This document shows positions 35,826-42,888 of a stretch of 64,000 nt of DNA, piece after piece. The DNA is taken from assembly GCA_023379005.1 (NCBI GenBank), contig JAMCTG010000002.1:14333-78332 (forward strand). Reading direction: 5' to 3'. Origin of the DNA: Candidatus Babelota bacterium (GTDB lineage Bacteria > Babelota > Babeliae > Babelales > Babelaceae). Positions within the stretch are counted from its first letter, which is position 1. Each line of letters begins with the position of its first letter. The translations under genes and the position numbers were made by a program. The notes under the pieces are model-generated. The model searched no databases. It saw only the letters and a program-made list of their open reading frames with translations, and was not told the origin of the DNA.

Positions 35826-36974
35826 TTATTGCATATTTTTGAACAATCTTCCCTGAGAAGGTCTTGCTCCATGGTTCAACATAGCTTGTCTTTCATGTTG
35901 AGTAATATCCCTTATCAGAGGTTTAAAGGTCAACTGTTCATTCCTCAACATCTCTTTTTCTTTTTCTGTATCAATCATTTTTTTTATAACGCCATTTTTT
36001 TCTATGGTTGGTACAATTTCTTTTGTCTCTGTCTTTTGATCGGAAGATTTTTTCAAAAGTTGTAAATGGTATGTGATACTAGTTCTTTGGCCTAATCGAG
36101 CGAATTCAATTACAATCTTATCACCAACTGAAAGTTTTGTAACCTGGTTATAAACTTCAACACGGCTCTTAGTATCATTAATTCTCATTCCATTGATAGT
36201 TACAATAATGTCACCTGCTTGTAAACCAAGTGCGCTGCCGATAGATTGATTTGTCAATCTTCCAACTCTAACTCCAAGACTTTTACCTTTTCTAAATACA
36301 GTAGTTAAATCTAAAGCATCTATAAATTGAGCTAAGTTATTAATTCTTTCAGCAAAAGCATTTGGATCTACAATAAATTCAGTTGAAGAAATTGACTGTA
36401 TAACATTGGACCATGAACTTGAAGCAAGAGTATTAATTTCTGCCTGGGCATCAGTTTGATTTATAAATAATGATTCTTGTTGACCATTAGAGCGAATCAA
36501 AATTATTTTTTGGGGTAAAATTCTAAGTATGTAAGCATCTTCAATTTTATCATTTTGAGAATATAGTTTTTCTTCGTTAGTTTTTGTATTTTGTACAATT
36601 GCTTGTGCCATGCTTTCATTTGTTCCCATTATTATTCCCTTAAGTTTTAAAGCTAATGGCTCTAAAAATTGTGGTTTAGGAATTTCTTTTTCTTCAGGAA
36701 CAAATTTTGGAGTTGGAGGAACTGGGATTGGTGGAACTAAAGTTTTTACTTCTTCTTCAACAACTACAGGTTTTACATAAGTACCAAAAAGATCATCAGT
36801 AACTATTCTAGTGCAATCAACTTTTGCTGCTTCCTTTTTTATTTGTTTTGTGATAATTTCTGGTTCGATACGTGCACGTTTAGGAATTTGGACTTGTGAA
36901 AAAAATATAAAGACCAAGGTTGCCAAAAAAGTTGTCAGCAGAGAACTATTTAAAATCCACATTTGGCTTTGCAT
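35826..36974 (-). CDS. gspC: GspC-like protein (TM + HR/PilP-like domain + PDZ)
   Basis: 382 aa; N-terminal TM LLTTFLATLVFIFF; Pro-rich linker; LKLKGIIMGTNESMAQAIVQN...YILRILPQKIILI (HR-like); PDZ GVRVGRLTNQSIGSALGLQAGDIIVTINGMRIND. Confidence 0.65.
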   Translation of the reverse strand: MQSQMWILNSSLLTTFLATLVFIFFSQVQIPKRARIEPEIITKQIKKEAAKVDCTRIVTDDLFGTYVKPVVVEEEVKTLVPPIPVPPTPKFVPEEKEIPKPQFLEPLALKLKGIIMGTNESMAQAIVQNTKTNEEKLYSQNDKIEDAYILRILPQKIILIRSNGQQESLFINQTDAQAEINTLASSSWSNVIQSISSTEFIVDPNAFAERINNLAQFIDALDLTTVFRKGKSLGVRVGRLTNQSIGSALGLQAGDIIVTINGMRINDTKSRVEVYNQVTKLSVGDKIVIEFARLGQRTSITYHLQLLKKSSDQKTETKEIVPTIEKNGVIKKMIDTEKEKEMLRNEQLTFKPLIRDITQHERQAMLNHGARPSQGRLFKNMQ

Positions 36975-37078
36975 TTTTATTCCTTATCTAAACCCTCTTT
37001 CTAAATACTCTCCTCAAGTCATTTTTTTGTCAAGTTTGTCTGTTTATTTTTACAAAAATGCTTAGTTTAAATACTTTA

Positions 37079-37870
37079 TTATTGTGCGCCAGCCTCACGC
37101 AAAATTTTTTCGATGTTTTCAAATTTCTTATCAATGGAAAATTGTTTTCTTAAATTTCTTTGATATATTGCTACCTGCAATGGTGTGACATTAGTTTGGT
37201 TTAAATAATTTTTTGCGTTAACATCCGCGCCCAATTCTAGAAATTTTAAAACCAAATTTTCAAATCCTCGCTCAACAGCTATATGTAAAAGCGATCCTTT
37301 CAAATTTGAATGCGTTTTTATATTTATTTTGTTTAGATTAAACAATAATTTAAATACATATTCTTCTTCGATTTGCAAGACCCACATACACGGTGTCCAT
37401 CCGTGTTGACATTGCAAATTTATGTCTATCCCTTTGTTTAATAACATTATGATAACCAAATATTTTAATGTTTTATTTTTCCAGAGTATACGTGAGGCTA
37501 TATGTAAATAAGATTCTTGCTCAAAGTTTTGCAAATTAATATCAAGTTTTTTATTTTTCAAAAGTTCTTCAATTACTTGCAAATAAAAGGAATTAATCTC
37601 CGATTCTTCTTCTGCACATTTTCTAATTGCACATTCAAGAGCTGTCGTTCCACCTGTATTTTGAAAATTAATATATGGACAATTTTCTATAATTTTTTTG
37701 CATGCCTCAAAGTCTTTAAATCCTAATAATATATAACTATGAAGAACAGTATTGAAATTTTTATCCAGAAATTCTGGCTCCCTATTTTCCAAACTTTGTT
37801 TTATTAAACAATTCATTGAATTTGAATTAAAAATGGAAGTAGCCAAGAGAATAAAGATTGTTTTTTTCAT
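37079..37870 (-). CDS. exported ankyrin-repeat protein
   Basis: 263 aa; leader ...SIFNSNS/M; ANK repeats (FNTVLHSYIL..., GGTTALECAI..., ESYLHIAS..., GSLLHIAVERGFENLVLKFLELGADVNAKN, VTPLQVAI). Confidence 0.8.
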   Translation of the reverse strand: MKKTIFILLATSIFNSNSMNCLIKQSLENREPEFLDKNFNTVLHSYILLGFKDFEACKKIIENCPYINFQNTGGTTALECAIRKCAEEESEINSFYLQVIEELLKNKKLDINLQNFEQESYLHIASRILWKNKTLKYLVIIMLLNKGIDINLQCQHGWTPCMWVLQIEEEYVFKLLFNLNKINIKTHSNLKGSLLHIAVERGFENLVLKFLELGADVNAKNYLNQTNVTPLQVAIYQRNLRKQFSIDKKFENIEKILREAGAQ

Positions 37871-37891
37871 GATGTATTTTGTTTAAATGTT

Positions 37892-38209
37892 TTAGTCGTG
37901 ATAACCCAAAGAAGGCTTTAAATTTTTTGAATCAATATCAATGTATGTTGTTATAATATTTTTAAGTTTTATTACTTCTGCTCTTTTACCAGCTATAAAT
38001 AAAATATTTTTCTGTAGAGCTAAAATTACTAAAGATTCTAAATCTATTATGTAAATACTTACTGTCGCAGATTCTTTAATAAGGCTTGCAACATAATCAG
38101 AATCCACAAATTTAAGTTCTATGACTTCATTTATATTTGCATCACTTGAATGCTCCATACAATTAATAGAAATTAAGACAAATAAGCACATAAATAATAT
38201 TGATTTCAT
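37892..38209 (-). CDS. free-standing secretin N1-type (Secretin_N-like) domain mini-protein
   Basis: 105 aa; AAGGAG SD 7 nt upstream; leader MKSILFMCLFVLISINC/M; EVIELKFVDSDYVASLIKE...NILFIAGKRAEVIKLKNIITTYIDID parallels secretin A EVIPLFYTNADTIVKLFKE...NRLILIGKDTAVQRIKEFIAEYIDV. Confidence 0.55.
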   Translation of the reverse strand: MKSILFMCLFVLISINCMEHSSDANINEVIELKFVDSDYVASLIKESATVSIYIIDLESLVILALQKNILFIAGKRAEVIKLKNIITTYIDIDSKNLKPSLGYHD

Positions 38210-38213
38210 ATTT

Positions 38214-38705
38214 CTACTCCTTAATTGGATCTTCAGATAAATGTTCTAATTTTGAAATTAACAAATATTTTAATGCCTTATTGTGCCAATCGGAATTTCG
38301 TACTAAATCTAATGGTGTTTGTTCGCTTTTATCTTTCAAATTTACATTAATATCTTTATTATCCAAAAGTATCATTATCATTTTAAAATAAGAACTTTCA
38401 CCTGAATAAACTTTTAAACATGAACGAATTGCTAAATGTAATGGAGTTAATCCTTCATTATCCTGAACATTAATATTAATTCCTTGATTAATCAAATACT
38501 TAAATAAAATAATATTGGTTCTTACTATTGCCCAATGTAATGCCGTTCTAGAATTTTTATCAGTGTCATTAATCAGATTTATTTTATTTTCTAAATTAAA
38601 TCTGATTGTTTCTAAATTTCCATTTTTTGCATTTTCAAAAAAATCAAATTTCATGGCAAAAGAATTTAGATATAATGTGCTAAAAATAAAAAATATTTTT
38701 TTCAT
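38214..38705 (-). CDS. exported ankyrin-repeat protein
   Basis: 163 aa; leader ...LYLNSFA/M; ANK repeats (SRTALHWAIVRTNIILFKYLINQGININVQD, GLTPLHLAI..., EQTPLDLV). Confidence 0.8.
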   Translation of the reverse strand: MKKIFFIFSTLYLNSFAMKFDFFENAKNGNLETIRFNLENKINLINDTDKNSRTALHWAIVRTNIILFKYLINQGININVQDNEGLTPLHLAIRSCLKVYSGESSYFKMIMILLDNKDINVNLKDKSEQTPLDLVRNSDWHNKALKYLLISKLEHLSEDPIKE

Positions 38706-38723
38706 GCTTTTCTTGTTTTAAAA

Positions 38724-39134
38724 TTAATTTTCTGTTTGGGATTGTAATTTTTGATAAGTAAATTTTGGTGATGTTATTACTAGAATATTATTTTGAAAAT
38801 ACATAAAATATCCTTGCTTTATCATGAATGTGTAAACTCCATTCCATGCTTGGTCGATAGTTATCTTTTCAAGAAAATTAAATTTAACTTTCCAAGTTGG
38901 AATTAGTTCTTCTATATAAGTAATAATTCCAACCTTTGTGCATAATAATGAAAAAAAATCCAATAAATCTACATTATTAAGAGAAAATCCAATTAAAGTA
39001 TCTTGGTCTATTCCATTTAAATTTTCTTTTAATTCATCAAGTTGTTTTCTTGAATTAAGGTTTGCTATATCGTCTTGCATCGCAAATAAAAAAAGAAAAT
39101 TTAAAATGAAAAAGTTAAAAAAAACTTTTTTCAT
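38724..39134 (-). CDS. free-standing secretin N0-type domain mini-protein
   Basis: The ATG at 39134 forms an ATGA overlap with the moxR stop; leader MKKVFFNFFILNFLFLFA/M; LIGFSLNNVDLLDFFSLLCTKVGIITYIEE...KVKFNFLEKITIDQAWNGVYTFMIKQGYFMYFQNNILVITS aligns residue for residue with secretin A LIDFSFTDENLINIINLIAEKKDLNIILPQ...KITFNYPEKISLDKAWEFLLTFLTLSGYSLTVDETGIFSIV. Confidence 0.6.
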   Translation of the reverse strand: MKKVFFNFFILNFLFLFAMQDDIANLNSRKQLDELKENLNGIDQDTLIGFSLNNVDLLDFFSLLCTKVGIITYIEELIPTWKVKFNFLEKITIDQAWNGVYTFMIKQGYFMYFQNNILVITSPKFTYQKLQSQTEN

Positions 39135-40105
39135 GGGCAAGCAATTTTTTGTAAAATAGTTTTAATAATATGGTCTGAAGTAATATTTTCTGCTTCAGCT
39201 TCATAATTTAAAATTAATCTATGTCTTAAAATTGCAGGGCAAACAAATTTAACATCATCTGGGATTACAAAATTTCTTTTATTTAAAAATGCGTTTGCCT
39301 TTGCAGCATTGTGCAGAGCAATTGTAGCTCTTGGAGATACGCCATAGCTAATATATTTTTTTAAATTTGTAAGCCCAAAATTTTCTGGAGTTCTAGTTGC
39401 AAAAACTATATCAACAATATAATTGATTATTTTTTCATCAATATAAATCTGATTTACAATTTTTTGCGCATCAAATATTTCCGGTTTGTTTAAAACTTGT
39501 TTTATTTGTTCAAAGTCTAAATTTTTATGCAAAATTTCTCTCTCTTGCATAATGTTTGGATAACCAATAATCAGTTTGAACATAAATCTATCCACTTGTG
39601 CTTCGGGCAGTCTATATGTTCCTTCTTGTTCTAGTGGATTTTGTGTTGCAAAAACTAAAAATGGTTCTTCCAAAATATGTGTAGTTGAACCAATTGTTAC
39701 CTGATGTTCTTGCATTGCTTCTAAAAGTGCAGCCTGTACCTTTGCAGGCGCTCTATTAATTTCGTCAGCTAAAATTAAGTTAGCAAAAATTGGACCTTTT
39801 TTTGTTTCAAATTCTTGAGTTTTTGGATTATAAACAAGTGTACCAATTAAATCTGCCGGCAAAAGATCGGGCGTAAATTGAATGCGTTTAAATGAAAGAC
39901 CCATTGCTTTTGTAACTGCTTTTATTATTGTAGTTTTTGCAACTCCAGGAACACCTTCCAGTAAAATGTGTCCATTGCATAAAATAGCTAACAAAATAAA
40001 GTTGCATGTTTCAGTTTGCCCCACAACAATTTTATTAACTTCATTGGTTAATTGTTGGAAATTGTCACTAATTTTTTCAAGATAGTTTTGATCAATGGTA
40101 TTCAT
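39131..40105 (-). CDS. moxR: MoxR-family AAA+ ATPase
   Basis: VVGQTETCNFILLAILCNGHILLEGVPGVAKT (Walker A), ILADEINRAPAKVQAALLEAMQE (Walker B/sensor), FLVFATQNP; start set at MNTIDQ (40105), directly after the mlaF stop. Confidence 0.85.
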   Translation of the reverse strand: MNTIDQNYLEKISDNFQQLTNEVNKIVVGQTETCNFILLAILCNGHILLEGVPGVAKTTIIKAVTKAMGLSFKRIQFTPDLLPADLIGTLVYNPKTQEFETKKGPIFANLILADEINRAPAKVQAALLEAMQEHQVTIGSTTHILEEPFLVFATQNPLEQEGTYRLPEAQVDRFMFKLIIGYPNIMQEREILHKNLDFEQIKQVLNKPEIFDAQKIVNQIYIDEKIINYIVDIVFATRTPENFGLTNLKKYISYGVSPRATIALHNAAKANAFLNKRNFVIPDDVKFVCPAILRHRLILNYEAEAENITSDHIIKTILQKIACP

Positions 40106-40857
40106 ATTTTTTGACTTTCTGTTTGAATAGGTCCTACAGTTAAACCTCGAACAAATTGATAAATGTAAGGATTGTCTGATTGCCAAATAGTTGTAGCAGG
40201 TCCAAAATATCTAATTTTTCCCTGATACAATAGTGCAACATAATCAACATAATTGAAAACTTCAACATCATGAGATATTACAACTGACGTTATATTTAAA
40301 TTTTTTTGCATCGTGGACATTAGTTCATGAACAATTTTTGATGTTATCGGATCTAGACCCGATGTAGGTTCATCATACAAAATTATAGAAGGATTGTTAA
40401 TTAAAGTTCTTGCAATACCGACTCTTTTTTTCATTCCCCCAGAAAGTTCACTTGGATATTTATACAAAATATCTTCTGACAAATTAACCAAATTTAATTT
40501 ATTTTTAACTATTTCTAAAACTTCATTCTTATTTATGCCATCTTCCAATAAAGTAAGACCTACGTTTTCAAAAATATTTAAAGAATCTAAAAGAGCTGCA
40601 AATTGAAATACATAACCACATTTTTTAAAAACAAAATCTTTTTTATTTTCTTTTAATTTTGTAATATCTGTTCCATCAATAATAATTGAACCGGATGTTG
40701 GTTTTATAAGGCCCATAATTTGTTTTAAAAGAACAGATTTTCCTTCACCGGAACCACCAATTATGCACGTAATTTTACCCTTTGGAATTTTTAGATCAAT
40801 TCCATTAATGACAAAGCGATTATTAAATTCTTTTTTAAGATCAATTATTTCGATCAT
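40102..40857 (-). CDS. mlaF: MlaF-type ABC transporter ATP-binding protein
   Basis: 251 aa; Walker A GGSGEGKS, LSGGMKKRVGIARTL, ILYDEPTSGLDP; follows an MlaE-type permease. Confidence 0.8.
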   Translation of the reverse strand: MIEIIDLKKEFNNRFVINGIDLKIPKGKITCIIGGSGEGKSVLLKQIMGLIKPTSGSIIIDGTDITKLKENKKDFVFKKCGYVFQFAALLDSLNIFENVGLTLLEDGINKNEVLEIVKNKLNLVNLSEDILYKYPSELSGGMKKRVGIARTLINNPSIILYDEPTSGLDPITSKIVHELMSTMQKNLNITSVVISHDVEVFNYVDYVALLYQGKIRYFGPATTIWQSDNPYIYQFVRGLTVGPIQTESQKI

Positions 40858-40858
40858 T

Positions 40859-41644
40859 TTAAAACAAAATTAAACTGAGAATATAATCTGTAACTAAAAT
40901 TAAAATTGAACCGGTAACAACTGTTTTTGTTGCTGCAAGAGCAACTTGTTGTGAACCTTTAAATGCAAAATATCCATTGTATGTTGCTACGCTTGAAAAA
41001 ATAAATCCAAAAAAAATTGATTTGATTAGACCACTTAAAATATCAAATATAGTTAAATATTGTGTGATATTATTTACATATTCATAAGGATTTAATTCCA
41101 AAACTTGGGTGCAATAAATATACCCACCAATAATGCCACACATCATGGAAAATATTGTTAAAAAAGGAGTGGTAAGAACACTTGCAAGAACTCTTGGTAC
41201 AATTAAATATTGGTAAGGATCAATATTTAAAGTTTTCAAAGCATCAACTTGTTCCGTAACTTGCATAGTTCCAATTTCTGCCGCAATTGAAGAACCTGAT
41301 CTTCCTGTAACCATTAACGCAGTAAGAACCGGTCCAATTTCTCGACACATAGAAATTGATACTGCTACTCCAATTAATTCTTGAATTCCAAATTTTTTGA
41401 AACCAATATACGTCTGCAAGGCAATAACAAAACCTGTTCCAGTACCAGTTAAAAAAATAATTGGAAAAGATCCCACACCGATCTTTTCCATCTGCATTAA
41501 CAATTGTTTAATTTTTAATTTTTGCGTAAAAAGTGATTTGAAAATTTTGTATAAAAATATAAAAAAATTTCCAAGACTAAAAAGTAAATCTAAAGTTACT
41601 GCTCCAATTGAATCAATAAACTGAAATGTTAACTTTACAAGCAT
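40859..41644 (-). CDS. mlaE: MlaE-type ABC transporter permease
   Basis: 261 aa; polytopic; GVGSFPIIFLTGTGTGFVIALQ, REIGPVLTALMVTGRSGSSIAAEIGTMQVTEQVDAL are MlaE/Ttg2B family signatures. Confidence 0.8.
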   Translation of the reverse strand: MLVKLTFQFIDSIGAVTLDLLFSLGNFFIFLYKIFKSLFTQKLKIKQLLMQMEKIGVGSFPIIFLTGTGTGFVIALQTYIGFKKFGIQELIGVAVSISMCREIGPVLTALMVTGRSGSSIAAEIGTMQVTEQVDALKTLNIDPYQYLIVPRVLASVLTTPFLTIFSMMCGIIGGYIYCTQVLELNPYEYVNNITQYLTIFDILSGLIKSIFFGFIFSSVATYNGYFAFKGSQQVALAATKTVVTGSILILVTDYILSLILF

Positions 41645-41663
41645 GAAATGCTTTTTAAATTAA

Positions 41664-42002
41664 TTATTGATTTTCAGTTGAGCCTTCTGTTGGTGCAGAA
41701 GTGGTTATTGGCGCCATTGGCATTTGCTGAGCCGGAATAACAATTTTGCTTAAGTATCTTGATGTTTCAGCTTGTCTTGTTTTCATTATAGCAAGCATAA
41801 GCGAACCGCCCATAAATATAATTGCAAGTGTCCAAGTTATTTTTTGGAACAAATCTTGACCACCAGATCCGCCAAAAAGCATTTGCACGTTTCCACCAAT
41901 GCCACCCATTCCTGCGCTACTTTTGCTTTTTTGCAGCATAATTATAATTGCTAATAAGAAACAGTTAAAAACAAATAAAGATAAAAGTAATCCGTACAAC
42001 AT
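41664..42002 (-). CDS. secG: preprotein translocase subunit SecG
   Basis: 112 aa; two TMs flanking a Gly-rich loop (LQKSKSSAGMGGIGGNVQMLFGGSGGQDLFQKITW). Confidence 0.8.
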   Translation of the reverse strand: MLYGLLLSLFVFNCFLLAIIIMLQKSKSSAGMGGIGGNVQMLFGGSGGQDLFQKITWTLAIIFMGGSLMLAIMKTRQAETSRYLSKIVIPAQQMPMAPITTSAPTEGSTENQ

Positions 42003-42004
42003 GG

Positions 42005-42751
42005 TTATTTTCCTTTTGATGTTACAATTTTTTTTATTTCTTGAATATCTAGGCTGGCTTTTCCTATTAAAAAACCATCTAGATCAAAAATGTTTTTTAA
42101 TTCATCTATATTTCTACTACTAATACTACCACCATATAAAACTTTTGTCTTCACCTCTGGCAGAGTAACCTTTAAATACATTTTAACCCATTTGGTGATT
42201 TCATAAATTTCACTTGCCAATGGGGTATTTCCACTTCCAATAGCCCATACCGGCTCATAAGCAAATATAATTTCTTTTACATTTAAATTGATAATTTCCT
42301 GGACAATAGGTTCTAATTGCTGGGCAAGAGCGTCTAAAGTTAAATTTTTATCTTTTTCTTCTCTAGTTTCTCCTATACATATTATTGGGTTAATATGTTG
42401 AGAAATTAAAGCTTTGGTTTTCTTTGCTATTTGATAATAGTTTTCATTTAATTCAGTTCTTGTTTCACTATGGCCAATAATACAATAGAGGCACCCAATT
42501 TCTTTAAGTGATTTTGCGCTAACTTGTCCTGTATGTGATCCTAATAAGTATTGACTACAATTTTGAGCACCGATTTCTATCTCTGATTTATCAAAAATTT
42601 CCTTTATTGTCTGCAAGGAAGTAAAAGACGGGCAAAGAATAAAAAAATGATTGTTTGTAGAAAGTTTAATTAATTCTTCTTTATTTTCTTTGCACCATAA
42701 AATTTCTTCAAGATGACTTTTTTCCATTTTCCAATTTAAAACTATTTCCAT
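42005..42751 (-). CDS. tpiA: triosephosphate isomerase
   Basis: 248 aa; IGHSETR, AYEPVWAIGSGNT, YGGSI motifs. Confidence 0.88.
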   Translation of the reverse strand: MEIVLNWKMEKSHLEEILWCKENKEELIKLSTNNHFFILCPSFTSLQTIKEIFDKSEIEIGAQNCSQYLLGSHTGQVSAKSLKEIGCLYCIIGHSETRTELNENYYQIAKKTKALISQHINPIICIGETREEKDKNLTLDALAQQLEPIVQEIINLNVKEIIFAYEPVWAIGSGNTPLASEIYEITKWVKMYLKVTLPEVKTKVLYGGSISSRNIDELKNIFDLDGFLIGKASLDIQEIKKIVTSKGK

Positions 42752-42888
42752 AAGTCCTCTAACGTAAAAATTAATTTATTCCTTAATATAAGTTTTTCTT
42801 TAGTTTTTTAAAATCTTGAACTTATGGCTCGAGTTAAATAGCATATAAGTTATCTATTTTTCATAACCATTAAAAGTGGGAGAACCTA

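Noticed and set aside
40102-41644. An incomplete Mla system (no MlaD adjacent) as a standalone finding
   Set aside because: MlaD, MlaC and MlaB could be encoded elsewhere, and absence from one window is not evidence. It is mentioned only in the context of the moxR finding.
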